A stretch of 52,392 nucleotides of DNA, the filler included, from Jimgerdemannia flammicorona (taxonomy: Eukaryota), in the NCBI GenBank assembly GCA_003990765.1. It is 2 parts of 2 records of this genome, joined end to end, with 100 filler letters (N's around TTAATTAATTAA, not from the genome) between each part and the next. Parts side by side here need not be neighbours in the genome. Positions count along the whole stretch, not along the records: positions 1 to 26,150 come from RBNJ01000756.1; positions 26,251 to 52,392 come from RBNJ01000757.1. One strand, written 5' to 3'. The translations under genes and the position numbers were made by a program. The number at the start of each line of letters is the position of its first letter. The first letter of the stretch is position 1. Shown here one piece after another: positions 21,697 to 34,445 of the stretch. The notes under the pieces are model-generated. The model had not been told where the DNA came from. It worked only from the letters and a program-made list of their open reading frames with translations, and did not search any database.

Positions 21697-22426
21697 TGTA
21701 ATAGAATGAGGCATGATAAGTGATCATATGACCCAGCAGTGATGATGTCATTATATGATCAAGCATGACATATGAATAACGAATGATGAATGAATGAATG
21801 ATGCAGAAATCGACATAAAAAATGATATTTAGCTTATCTCTGACAATCGGCGCCACAGCAACAGTTGCCACAGCAGCTGATCATTGCTTAGTAATTGAGG
21901 TTGTGATCACAAACCTCACTATAGTTACCAAATTAGTCACTCATACTTAGTCAGAAATCACAGACCAACTTGTATAAATATCCCCCAGTTTCCATCTGAA
22001 ATAAAGCAGTTTTAGTTCAGTCCTTGATATAAGAAATCAAGTCCCCCCCACATACACACATTCCCCTGAGTCTTAGTAATGACACCTAAGTAACTCTAGT
22101 GTTTCTGACTAAACTCCAGAAGTCTAGCTAACTTCTGCTAGAACTGAGACCGGTATATAAATCCCCAAAGACTTAAGTAAACCCATTGAACCTGAATTCT
22201 AAGGTGAATTCAGTCTGTATACAGCAAAGAACAAGACCCTTAAAAGATAGAGCATACAAGAGAAAGACCTTTGAAACAGAAGGCACTGCTGCTACAACTA
22301 CTTATAAGTGAGCACTTCCTCAACTGAAGGCTTCTTGGTACACATCATATACTAAGTCCCTAAGTAATAGTCCACTTCCCTAATTATCCAAAGGATAAGA
22401 GAGAGATATAAGTGAGAGTTATTACA
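21697..22426 (+). repeat. 3' LTR of element B
   Basis: Preceded by the PPT AAGGAGAGAAGGA (21684-21696). Direct repeat of 13377-14135 with an internal deletion between TCACAAA repeats. Confidence 0.93.
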
Positions 22427-23333
22427 TATATCTTGCATGAGGTCATAAAATCTTTAATATTCTTGGTCATCTTTGACTAATAGAACTCTCTTGAGAGGAG
22501 ATTGTAGGTCTTCTCAAAACCAAAGTATCTTATTGTAGGAGTGTCATGAAGTTCTTGCATAATCTTGAGCTACAGAGTATCATTATTGAGTATAACTACT
22601 CTATTATAGTCTCTGTAGATATGTAAGTCCATTATAGTAAGTAAATCTTTTAGACATTTGCCTCATGGATTCTGGGATCTTGGCCTCTGGGTCTTGGCAG
22701 AATTGAAGGAATTTCACCAGAGAACTGTCCTGTTGATAACCATCCTTAATTATCTAAGTAAGATCTCCAATTACCTCAACTATAAAGATAAGTTTGTCTT
22801 CTATATATCTAGAGAAATCATCAGCCATGTAGTTGGTTTTGCCTAGGATATACTTAATTTTCATATCAAAGTTGGTAATGATTTCTATCCAGTGGACTTG
22901 TCTATGAGTTAGCATAGGCTGTATATGAATATACTGTAGAGTATAGTGATCAGTGTAGGCTACAAATAGTTATCCTAGGAGGAAATAGCACTATTCCTGG
23001 AGTATAGTTACAATGGTCAGGAGTTTTTTCTCATGGGTAATATACTGAGTCTCAGCTGGCGTGAGCTTTTGGGAAAGATAGGCCACTGGGTGATCTTCTT
23101 GACTGAGCACTGCCCCAATGGCAATATTAGAGACATCTGTAGTCAGAGTAAATAGCCTGGTAGGATTAGGTGCAATTAGCACTGGGGTCTTGATAAGAAA
23201 TCTCCATAGTCTGAGTATACTCAGGGGTCCATTCTGTCTTAATATTTACTCCTTTATAGGCCAGGCTGATCAGTAGGGCTGTAATAGCAAAGTATTCTTA
23301 AATAAACCTTTAGTAGTAACTGGCAATATCCAG
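22427..23333 (-). mobile_element. Gypsy A, remaining internal part (end of RT, RNase H, integrase N-terminus), 5'-truncated
   Basis: ORF 22991-23182 (LTTDVSNIAIGAVLSQEDHPVAYLS) matches element B RNase H. It joins 3639 exactly once B and its TSD are removed. Confidence 0.9.
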
Positions 23334-23989
23334 CTAAACAAAGAGAGTTTGTAGGGGGCTGTCTGATTAGAGACAGGACAGCTTGAGGATATGGTATCAT
23401 TAAGAAAGCTTGTACTGCTAAGGTGGATGAATGACTGGTTTTCTTAGATTAAGAGAAGACCTATGATAGAGTCTAATAAGTGTGGTTAAAAGGAGTACTA
23501 AGGTACATTGAGATCTCTCCTGGGATCTAGCAGGTCTTGGTCAGCCTGCTAGATGGGAGTCAGGCAGTAATTATAGTAATTGGGTACAGAGGGGTTTCAT
23601 TCCCTCTGGGCAGAGGAGTGCTACAGGGGGATTCACTGTCACGGATTCTATATATACTATCCCTAGAGTCTCTTTTGGATAGGATATGGCAAAAGGTGGG
23701 AGGGTTGGATATTCTGGGAGTTAATTGGAAGGTAGGGGCCTTTACTGATGATATAGTAGTTGGGCTAGAGTTAGTTGAGGATGTTACAGTACTGAAAGAT
23801 ACAGTAGAGTAGTATGAGAGGTTCTTAGGTGCCAAGCTCAACTGGCATAAGTATGAGACTTTAGTATTAGAAGGAGGGATAATAGGTGGGGATATCATTA
23901 GAATAATTATCTCTGTAGGAAAGTCTGTGCACTATCTGGGAATCTACTTCTTGATGAATAGTTCTTTGCTACTATACAGATAGTGGGAG
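23334..23989 (+). mobile_element. Decayed L1/Tx1-like LINE RT fragment (possibly the continuation of 12-223)
   Basis: FVGGCLIRD, LVFLD*EKTYDRV, RGVLQGDSLS, GAFTDD, HYLGI. Confidence 0.85.
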
Positions 23990-26150
23990 CAGTGGTTGAC
24001 AGAGTGGGGAAGTACTGGGTGAGATGGCTGCTCTCTGTGACTATGTTCTTCAGAGTGGTGAGTGAGTTGGAGAGCAGGATCTCGGATTGGTGGCCTTGTT
24101 GTACAAAGACAAGGGGAGGAGAGAAGACTGGAAGAACTGGCAGCCGATCATACTTCTGGATATGGACAGGAAGATGGTGACTAAGGTGATTGTCACAAGG
24201 CTGCAGAAAATTGCCCAACAGGTGCTGGGAGAGGAGCAGCAGGATTTTGTTGGGGGCAGACTTATCAGAGATGAGACTGTATGGGTTCATGGTGTCATTG
24301 AAGGGGCCCAGGCCTGTGGACTGGATGGAAGGTTGGTCTTTTTGGACCAGGAGAAGGCCTATGACCATGTACAGCGAGTGTGGCTGGGCAAGGTATTGGA
24401 CCGAATTGGGGTGCCCACAAGATTTAGGGCCTCTATGTTGAGTCTGCTGGAAGGCAGCCGGGCAGCTCTGATGTGTAATGGTCACTATGGGAGGGCATTT
24501 TCCTTGGGAAGAGGAGTTCCTCAGAGGGACCCTCTGTCCCCTATTCTCTATGCCCTTTCGCTGGAGCCGTTGATGGATAGGATTTGTCGGAAGGTGGCAG
24601 GGCTCTCTATATATGGTATAGTGTGGAAGGTGGGGGCCTTTGCTGATGATATGGTGGTTGGACTTGGGTTGGTGGCAGATGTAGAGGCACTTCAGGAGAC
24701 TGTGGCATGGTATGAGGATCACTTGGGGGTGAAGCTCAACTGGCATAAGTGTGAGACGATGGTGCTAGGGAATGGACTAGTGGGTGGGGATATCATTGGA
24801 ACAATTGTCCCTACTGGTGAGGTGGTACAGTATCTGGGTATCTTTCTCTCTGTATATGGTTCTGTCCTGCCACAAGTGTAGTGGGAGAGCAGGGTGAATA
24901 TTTGTGGGGAGGCCCTTCGGGGTTGGGGAGGCCGCCATATCTCTCTAGCAGGGCGGGTGTCAATCCTGAATGTATATTGGTTCCCCAAGCTGTGGTATGT
25001 GGCATATCACCTTGACTTCCCAACATGGGTGGTGAAGAAGCTGACGAAGATGGCTAGGGATTGGATTTGGGTGGGGAGGAGGTCCCAGGTCAGTTGGGAT
25101 ACTCTTGCGAGACCAGTAGTCAGGGGAGGTCTTGGCCTGGTGGACTTCCCTAAGAGGCTACACTGTTTGTGAGCTTGGTGGTTGAAGAGAGCAGTGGAAC
25201 TGCAGGGAGGAGGTTGGGTGCCTCTGCTACAGAAGGTGTGGGAGATGTGAACATCCCCTAGGGGGTCCTCTGGGGACCTGATCTCTTTGGTGGGACTGAA
25301 TGGACTTTGGAGGTTGCATTTCAAAGGCTTTTGGTGGGGAGTGGCAGATAGAGCTCACCAAATTGGCCTGCAATGGCAAGGCAATGAGGGGGAGGCAGTG
25401 TGGGGGCCTAATATATGGTGTTGGGATAGGCTGCTCCTGGGGGGTACTCCACTGGCTCTGTTCGATATTGGGGAGGGAGTGGAGTGTCAGCAGGGGCTTG
25501 ACTAGGATCTTTGGCTGAGTGGCTGGCAGGCAGCTGGGATCAGCAAGGAGTGGGACTGGGCAGGTATCTGGTCTTGGAGTGCAGAGGTACAGCAGTGACT
25601 GCCTCCCAAGTTCTGGGTGGTATGGTAGAGAATGTTGAGGAGGAATGTCATGCTGAATTTCCGCATGGGACATTTGGTAGAGGGTGGATGATTCGACTGT
25701 GAAGAGTGTTATGATGTTGGGTGAGCTGAGGGTCATGTACAGATGCCAGAACATTGGCTGGGAGAGTGTGAGGTTTTGGGGGAGTTTTGGGCTGAAATAG
25801 GGGATAGACTGGGTGTAGGGAGGAGGCTGGGGAGGGAGGGGGGCCGCTGGGTGAACTTGAGGACTTGGCTTGTGGGTGAGGTGGGGGGTACTAGCAGTAT
25901 GGGTGGGATTAGCTGGACATTGGCTTTTTGTATTTGAGGAGGGGTGGTGGTTGGGGCTGCGAGAGAAGGTGTTAAGGTGGGAGGAGCTGTTGGGGGATCT
26001 GCTGACTGGATGGTGGGTGGGTTGGGGACCTCAGGGGGGTCGGCGTCGCAGTTTGGTGGTAAGGATCTGTGAGCAGAGTGGTGGAAGGGTGGTGATGGTG
26101 TTAGACAAGGTAGTCTTTCGTCAGAAAAGAGTGGGGAGGGGGGGGTCCCA
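23990..26150 (+). mobile_element. Second L1/Tx1-like LINE copy, RT to C-terminal Cys/His region
   Basis: LLYKDKG..WKNWQPI, FLDQEKAYD, RGVPQRDPLSP, FADD, YLG, SLAGRVSILN..PKLWY, GGLGL, EHWLGEC. G-rich sense strand. Confidence 0.9.
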
Positions 26151-26250
26151 NNNNNNNNNNNNNNNNNNNNNNNNNNNNNNNNNNNNNNNNNNNNTTAATT
26201 AATTAANNNNNNNNNNNNNNNNNNNNNNNNNNNNNNNNNNNNNNNNNNNN
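26151..26250. other. Artificial contig linker / gap
   Basis: N44 + TTAATTAATTAA (stops in all six frames) + N44. The two sides need not be adjacent in the genome. Confidence 0.95.
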
Positions 26251-28658
26251 TTTTTAAGTTATTTACATCTCGCGGTCGCCAAGTTTTAGCGGAGGAAAAT
26301 TGCTGGCACATTGAACGATTATTGGATAACACCTGACTGGACGAGCGTGTGCAAGAACCGGGCTTGGCATATGTTGACCACATATTATCTGTGCTGTTCA
26401 GGTGCCATATATTTTTCATACGACGTGCAACCCTCGCCGACGTCTCTGATACAGGTTTCATAAGTAAACTAGATCAGTCACAGAACCTAGATTACGTCAC
26501 CTGTATACAACCGTACCTTGCAATGACCATAAATGAGTATGTCGGTCTGATGGGATATTCTGGCTGTGTTTTTTCTTTTGGGGATGGGGGAATTCGTGCA
26601 TCGAGACTGTGTCGTCACCATCGAGGCCGAAAGTCACCCTTCGAGGCTGGGACGTCACCACCGAGACTGGGACACCACTAGTTGAAAGACGTTTCGTCTT
26701 GATCTGTCCCTTCTCACCATTTGGAAAATTGTCCAGTCCATTATCCCGTCATAGAGTTCACATTTGCTCGTTCTCTTGGCAGTCCATCATCCAGTCCACC
26801 GTCAATCGTCCAGTCCACGTTTGCTCCGTGGTCCATTGTATAGTCCACGTTCACTCAAGTGTACATTGCCGTTCCAATCATTGCGATATTGTATTAAGCC
26901 GACCGCATGTCAGGCACAGTAGATGTTTGTGTACGGTCCTGCAACAGCTGTGTGGTTTGAACTGAAACGAGTTAATGTCGACCGGTCGAGCCCGGTCGAG
27001 TTAATGTTGACCGAACTGACGAGTGAATGTTGTAAGACGAGCGAATGTTGTAAGACGAGCGAGTGCGAAGGTTTTAAGGACGAGCCCAATAGCGGTTGCG
27101 TGACGTCACATGCTAGTTTGGCCCCAGACCAGATCCCATGAAATACGTCATCCCAGATCCCGTGAAATGTCGTAAACTGCGCCTCGAACGAAGACAAAAT
27201 TACATACGCAAAATTATATTATCTACACTTGGGGATCCTACAAAACTGTCTGTTAGTGTGGTTCTTTCACTGAATGCTGAAGAGTCCTAATAACCTGCTG
27301 GCCTGCCACTCGACGGTTACACTTTTTTTTTTCATACACTAATATACCCACGACAGTGGAACGAAATAGACCAAATTCATTTACATCTCAGGGGTTGAAG
27401 TAGACCCTGGTCATAAGGTCACGTTTCGCATAATGTTCTTGGGATGAGACATGGCGCGCAGGACATGAGTTAAGTTTGTGACGTGTTATCCGAAAGGGGC
27501 CGCGGAGCCGCATGAGGACCATGTGCGCGGTCCTCATTGGTGCGCAGGTTGGCGTATGTTTTCGACAACCCGACTTGACCGCAGGAATGGCAGGTCACCA
27601 TATGTCACCGAATATAAACAATAGTGAGGAGTGAGAAGACCTCCGGGGTATTTCGCAAACATGAACCAAAGAAAATCCCGTTAGCACCTCCCACTCATGG
27701 CCTATGATTCCGCGCAACACTGAATTTTCTTAATACCTCAACGTTCCACTACCGCGTCATCGCAATTCGAATTCAGCCGCCGACGGCCATGTGGCCTCCA
27801 TATGGCGTTTTTTGTTTGTTTGTTGCTTTCAACGTGGTCGTCTTATGGTTTGATTGGTGCCCATTTTTAGCAAACTCTGCGCGTGTACTCTTTGGTTTTA
27901 TTTGTGACGCAGCACGGCGTGCTTGGTTTAAACTTTTATAAAACCGCAGCATGGAACCATACGTGTGGACAGCTGGCTTCCTGTTGGCCAGTCGGTTTGG
28001 TGAACGTTGACGGTGGCGTTTTAATTCGGCCCCGCGTGCAGATGATGCAGGGCTGGAAATTTGGACATAACCTGATAGGGGTGCAACCTTGTCTTGTCTA
28101 CGCTCTATCACGTAACTCCAAGTCATTTATAAACACAACACCCCGCGGTTTTACCGCCCAACATTAATAGGTGACGGCACAACCTTTGACGGTTACCCAA
28201 GCCCCAGACTTTCCTTCACCATCACCGATGGATACTAATCGAGACGATACGAACAGGCGATTTCCTCTGATTTAAAGGTCCTAAACCTTTTGTTGACTAT
28301 TAGCCACCAGGCGACCACGAGCCGCTGAGCCATAATTAGTAGCTGAGCGACTATGCACATTGCTCCCACGGCACCCGACTGGTGCGGCTTGCCCACCTGC
28401 AGACATGCCTTGTTTGAAGCGCCGATTCAAGTTTCATACCCAAGGACGAAAAATGTGGATATGGACTGACTGGATGAGTTTGGATTTATGTGAGGGAACA
28501 TATGGAGCACGTTTGTTTGTTTGTATTTTTCATGTTGTCATTATCTTTCATAATGCATTGAACATCTACATTGTATTGTCAAACATATTCTAATAAACAT
28601 ACATCGTTTAACAAAGTAGCTTGAAAGACAGTTCTATGCCTTCCACAAAAAAAGCTGT

Positions 28659-29156
28659 CTATTCAAAGTCGAGCTGAAAGCGAATCAAACGCATTTTTGC
28701 ATCCTTCGTAGGGGGGGGATACATTTTGAGGTCCACACTGAGGCGGCCCCTGTTTACCTCTGTCGCCAGCTCCCACTTGAATTTTTCGAATTCCTTCTGG
28801 ACCTGAGTAGAACGCTCTTCGAGGAAATCCCAAAATAATCCCCAGTCGAGGCGACGGCAGGCGCTGCGCTCCGTGGATTTGAGCCTTGTCAATATCTCCG
28901 TTCGATTCGTACTGTCGGCGGGAACCTCTGCGGTGGCCGCCAATAGCTTTTTCGGGTTTGAGCTCCGGAATCGCAACTCCAATACGCAACGACGCAAGCG
29001 GTTGTGGCTCCCCGTTAGGAGGTGGTCGTGGATCATCTGAATGAATGGCACGATGAACACACCGTATAGCTGCGTCGTGGAAGTGAGGCGGGATACCGCA
29101 TTTTCGGGAGATGCGCGACGTTGTGGTACACGATGCCGAGATGTTATGCTGCCCAT
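28659..29156 (-). CDS. Hypothetical protein, 165 aa, paralog of 32068-32604
   Basis: Intact ATG-to-stop ORF. Shared blocks YGVFIVxFIQMIHD, LRFxxSxP, LKSxERxxCxRLDW, VNRGRLxVD, RLxxFQxxF. Confidence 0.8.
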   Translation of the reverse strand: MGSITSRHRVPQRRASPENAVSRLTSTTQLYGVFIVPFIQMIHDHLLTGSHNRLRRCVLELRFRSSNPKKLLAATAEVPADSTNRTEILTRLKSTERSACRRLDWGLFWDFLEERSTQVQKEFEKFKWELATEVNRGRLSVDLKMYPPPTKDAKMRLIRFQLDFE

Positions 29157-29809
29157 GTGATAGGGCAGGAAGGTTTTGAGCGAAGATATGGAATGTTAAA
29201 TTTTTTTCTGACAAGACGAAGGATTTATTGGAGAATTTATTAGATTGAGAGCTCGGGATGTTGATGTATAGATTCAGCCTCCTTCAAAAATAAGGTGAGA
29301 ATATTACATTGGGGTAACCCTCCTCGACGGTTACATGCGTTGGTCACGACCAACGTCGGAGTAAGGGAGGGGGAGGGGAGGGGCGCAGGGGGCAACACTG
29401 TTTGTCCACAAGGGGGACCCACGTAATTACTGGTTCTCGTTCGAGAATATTATGCCAACTGACTGATCAACTGATCGGATTAATTTGTGGAACAGGAAAA
29501 ACGCTCTTGACATGTGAATATCTGGAAAAACATCCCTTTCGACAGACCTAGGTGACCCTAGTCTCTTCCCGCTTCTTCGAAAACGTGAAGGGCCTGCGCA
29601 AGCTCTGTGAGAAACCAACAACTGCCCGCTACTGCGTACCATGAGTAAGTGCCGCGTCAAGCATTACAGTGTTGGCGACCGGGCTGAGGGAATATTCATC
29701 CTCCGTTGTAATCAGGACGGCGCGTCGAGTCCTCGGTAGGTTTGTATAGCACTTCTCATACCTTTTTTTCTCGTCTCACTTTCAAAGACCAGCAAGCATC
29801 TGAGGAATC

Positions 29810-31201
29810 AACAAAGGCCGGAGCGAAGCCTTGAATCCTTATCAGCACTAGGAGCCGAGTTTGCTTGACTAAAAGGTATTTAGTTTGCAAATCAACCTTG
29901 GTTGGAATCCGGGACATACAGAAGGAATCGGAAGGGGCGAACCAGATAGTTGTGTCAATGGCGACTACAGGTCTTGGACAGCCGGATATTCTCGGGGCGT
30001 CAGCGGGTGACAGAATGCTCTAGAATTTTTAAAGTCGTTGTTATGGTTGCTGACAATCATGGAAGACCTCTGGTGTTTCTGTACTCTGACAACCCAAACA
30101 ATATTTTATTTCTAGCTTTTGGCAGCAAACGCCTATAGAAGGTATCTTATTTCGTACTCACAAAGTGAAGCAATTGACGTACTCGCGACAACTGCAAGGT
30201 TATTACATGGATTTTTTTTTTTTTTTTTTTTTCCTGCCAATGTTCCGTTTACACGGCTACTTCTACGGTGGACGGGAGAGTGGGGAAGGCAGATAGTCGC
30301 AGCAGTGATAGATGCGGGGGGGTTAAAGTCACGGAGATTAGTGAAGGAGGGAGCCGTTGAGTGCATGAAAGAAGAGATGTAGTGGTACTCGAGATCGCGG
30401 AGCCAGCGAAGAAGGAATGCTCCACGACACCTTTTCTAACCCACAACTCAAAACATTTTATCCCTTGTTGAACTTGTACAGACCTTCCCAGAATATGCAC
30501 CATCACGAAGCAAGTAGGCTGCTGTCGGCGGAATGAGGACTAGAACCTTTGATGTGGTACATCCTTGGTTCACTTTGTTCAGGATGTCTGGTGAAATTCT
30601 CAATGCCTTGTAAAGATAGCTAAACGATGCTTTGTCACCAATATACGCTAGAAGACAATGGTATCGTATTTCTGACTGGTGACATGAGAAAACCGACACC
30701 CTCATTGTGAGCGTGGTGACCATCTCCGCCCGAAGAGACCGAGGACTCTTTCCACTCGTTCATGAAGACAATGGCAACCCCGTTTGAGCTACCTGCCAGC
30801 ACCAACGTACACGCGGTCCATTTATAATCACATGTGCAGGAAGATCTACTCGGTTAGGGGAGAGGATAAATCAGAGGGATCCGACAAGGACGGAATAATT
30901 TGGACCTATGGAATAGCTCTGTATATCATGGGTAGGCCTCCCTTCCATATCTATAATTATTCATATAGAGCGTTTTGCTATGTGCTCAATGTTAATTTCT
31001 GTTGTCATGTAATTACTATTACGCAACTGAGAATTGTGATTATAATTGGATCGTAGGGTTGTGAGTTCGAACCTATGGCGGACGCGAGACCGCATCTATC
31101 ACATGCGACGGATAATCAATTTATGCTCACTCATCGAATCGATGACGAATGGGATTCTATTTCATCAAATGCCAGGATTTCTTCCGATTATCAGTGAGCG
31201 G

Positions 31202-31204
<3 letters not shown>
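29810..31204 (+). repeat. Dispersed repeat, copy a
   Basis: Shared blocks AAAAGGTATTTAG, GACAATC(A/G)TGGAAGAC, ACATGAGAAAACCGACAC, CACTCGTTCATG, ATAATTTGG with copies b and c. Boundaries approximate. Confidence 0.8.
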
Positions 31205-31268
<64 letters not shown>

Positions 31269-32067
31269 TTTTTGTTTCGTTGAAAAGGTTTATAATTAGA
31301 TATAGAACCTGACTCCTTTTCCCATTTCGTCGCAGAGAGAATCGCGCCATGAGGCGTACGGCATAAACATCAAAAAGATCTACAAGGATCCGGAAAGCGA
31401 CGGTGTATCGCTCCAGTACTTTGTTCGAAGATGACAATCCACGGAAGCCTATTCGATTGACTCGCCATTTCAAGGGGGGAGGACGCAAGACTCGCCACAG
31501 GTTATCATACAGTGGCCGCCGCCCCTTACAGCTCTGCCGGCGTAGTTCTCATCTCATGTGCTTTGGAGTGATTTCTCTCGCTGTACCAAGCTTGTCTTGA
31601 TTAAACGCGATCTCGTTTATGCTGATTGTGCGCGGCGGCGTGGGCGTCAAGAGACATGGTGTTGCATAACGTCAAATTGTGGACAATGTAAAGCTCGTGG
31701 GCTTGTTCATTCGATTTATATTGGTCGGAAATCCAATTTTCCGACCCAGGAATGACGGGTCGGGTTCCGTTTTTTTTTTTTGACCGGACGTCTGAAATTT
31801 ACGATCTTTATCTTGTCTGAAAGCTAAGGATTGGGGTTTTCCATCCCATCCAGAAAATCTAGTTTTAGGCGCCATTTTGTTTCTACAGAACGATTTTTGT
31901 AAATTTGGTGAGTTTTCGGGTCGGAAGTTCTACTCGGGTTGTATCGTGCCTATTTAGGAGGTCGGTCAAGTCGCCGTTTCAATATCTGAGCCGATAACAA
32001 TCCCCACCATTATCCTATCCCAAACCCTGTCAGTCCCCCCCCTCAGTCCCTCTCAGCTCTATCCAAC

Positions 32068-32604
32068 ATGGTCAAAAAATTCTTTCGTCTTCGCTCCTGG
32101 ATATGTGGGTCCGGCGCACCTCTTAAAGAGAGGGAACCTTGCCCTAGCCTTATTATGGAGGTGGAGGTGTACGGTGTGTTCATAGTGCGATTTATCCAGA
32201 TGATCCACGACCGTATACTGGTGAAGAACCGAAAACGCTGGGGAAGCTACGTGTTTCTTGACTTGCGGTTCCCGAACTCAGACCCGCAGAACCTGGCGTC
32301 GGTCACGGCAAATGTCCCTGGGGACAGCAAGACTCAAAAGGACATGTTGAAGGAACTCAAATCCGCGGAACGCAAGACCTGTCTTCGCCTGGACTGGCCC
32401 ATCTTGTTAGACTGGATCGAGGAACGCAAAATTCAGGTCGTGGAAGAGTTTGAAAGGTTTACGTTCCAACTTGCAGAAAGGGTGAATAGGGGCCGGCTCA
32501 CTGTGGACGTCGACATGACGGCGAATCCCCCGGTGGACAGCCCTTCGAAGGACTCGGGAACGCGCTTGCTTCAATTTCAGATTCGATTTCATGCCCTTGA
32601 ATAA
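32068..32604 (+). CDS. Hypothetical protein, 178 aa, paralog of 28659-29156
   Basis: Intact ORF with good start context (CAACATGG). It aligns with the 165-aa ORF with few gaps. Confidence 0.8.
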   Translation: MVKKFFRLRSWICGSGAPLKEREPCPSLIMEVEVYGVFIVRFIQMIHDRILVKNRKRWGSYVFLDLRFPNSDPQNLASVTANVPGDSKTQKDMLKELKSAERKTCLRLDWPILLDWIEERKIQVVEEFERFTFQLAERVNRGRLTVDVDMTANPPVDSPSKDSGTRLLQFQIRFHALE

Positions 32605-33309
32605 CATTTTGTTTGTGGAACATATGCATTCTCAGAAATAGAATGACTTTCTGGAAGATGCGGAGTATGTTCTCACTAGACGCGCCATATGGGAATATAT
32701 GTAGCAATAGAATTGTATTTTTTTCCAATATGCACAACTATGTAACAATAAGATAGAGGACCAAAAACAATGGGAGCGTATTTGCTGATACATTGTATAG
32801 ATAGTATAGATCACATTTTTGCTGCCCACGCCGCCGCAACACCATCAACATAATTAAGCTTGCCCTAGTTGGTTTGCCATCATTTGAAGCTTTCACAAAA
32901 CTATGGTGGGAACCTAACTGACCCTCTAATTATACGTTATAGACGAGTGATATAATCATGCACATATTGCCAGGAGTACAGCGAGAGAAATCATTCCCAA
33001 GCACACGAGTTGAGGACTATGTCGGTGGGCGGCGCCGACTATACAATAATCGATGACGAGCCTTACATCCTTTCCTCTTGAAATGGCGAATCAATCGAAT
33101 GGCGAGGATGAAATGCTGAATGCAAGGATACCGCGGATTGTCATGTTCGAGAGCGATACACAGTCGCATTCCAGTTCCTTGTAGTTTTTTATGTTCGTGC
33201 CGTGCGCCTCGGTGGCGCGATTCTCTCTGCGATAGAATGGGAAAAGGAATAAGGTTCTATTTCTAATTGTAACCCTTTTCAACAAGAGGGGGGGGGAAGG
33301 AAAGAAAAG

Positions 33310-34445
33310 ATCCTCGACTCACTTATAATCGGAAGAAATCATAATCGGAAGGCATCCTGGCAAATGGTTCATTCGTCATCAATTCGATGAGTACTTATCC
33401 TTTTGCATGTGATAAATACAATCTCGCCCGCCGTAGGTTCGAACCTACAATTCGCGTTGCCCTCCGATCTAGCACAATGGCACTAGTATGTGACAACAGA
33501 AAACAACATTGAGCACATAGCGAGACATATTACATACACAATTACATGTTGTTCAATAAAAACCTGGAAGGACGCCTACCCATGATTTACGGAGGTGTTC
33601 CACATGTCCAAATTATTACGTCCTTGAGCTACGCCGTCGTGTCCCTCTGATCTGTCCTCTCTCCTAACCGAGCAGACCTTCCTGTAGATGTGATCGTAAA
33701 TGGGCTGCGTGCTAGCGGTACGTAGTGCTGGCAGGTAGCTCAAACGGAGTTGCTATTGTCTCCATGAACGAGTGTAAAGAGGTCTCGGTCTCTTTGGGAG
33801 ATGGTTGCGCCGGTGTCCTAACCTCATCACGCCGACAATGAGGGTGTCGGTTTTCTCATGTGACGGCGCATATGCCGAGAAGGCCTAAACAAATTCAACA
33901 AGGATAGAATTTTGAGTTGCGGGTGGCTCCTTCCTCACTAATCCCTACTTCCACCTCACGCAGTTAACAGTGCTACAACATCCCGCTTGCTCCGCTGTCC
34001 CGTCCACCATAGACATACTATTTAAATAATGCAAACAAAACCTTGGCAAAAGATAAAAAAAAAAAAAACGTAATCACCTTTCAGTTGTCGCAAATCCGTT
34101 AACTGATTCTCCGATACCTTCTAGAAGCGTTTGCTGCACTACGTAAGTTATAGAAATAAAACATGTTTGGGTTAACTGAGTATAGGATCGCCATGATTGT
34201 AAACAACCATGGCAACAACTTCGGAAATTCAAGAGCCCACGAGGCTCCCTTTCAGACTGCCAGTAGAGCATCCTACCAATATCTGGGTGTCTCTGACCCA
34301 CAGCCGCCATTGACAAGACCTTCTGGCTCGCATTCCTCTATACGTCCCGGATCCCAACCGAGAATACTGTAGCTAAATACCTTTTAGTTTTAGTCAAGCA
34401 AATTCCAGAACGCGGTCGACAACGTAGTTTCCGCTTCAGCCTTTA
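33310..34445 (-). repeat. Dispersed repeat, copy b (inverted, internal deletions)
   Basis: The reverse complement matches copy a, for example TGCTGGCAGGTAGCTCAAACGG, ACAATGAGGGTGTCGGTTTTCTCATGT and TTCGTCATC(A/G)ATTCGATGAGT. Confidence 0.8.

Larger units (their letters stand above)
13377..22426 (+). mobile_element. Full-length Ty3/Gypsy chromovirus B (decayed), with dUTPase and an extra ORF3
   Basis: TG...CA LTRs at 13377-14135 and 21697-22426. 5-bp TSD TATAT at 13372-13376 and 22427-22431 (CATAT in the duplicated flank at 3635-3639). PBS, PPT and Gag-dUT-PR-RT-RH-INT-chromodomain motifs are present. Confidence 0.95.

Noticed and set aside
26151..26250. TTAATTAATTAA palindrome within the N run
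   Set aside because: Synthetic six-frame-stop linker. It also prevents any claim of linkage between the left and right halves.
31205..31267. Long poly-T tract and poly-Phe/poly-Lys ORFs
   Set aside because: A simple homopolymer; such runs are frequent throughout this window.
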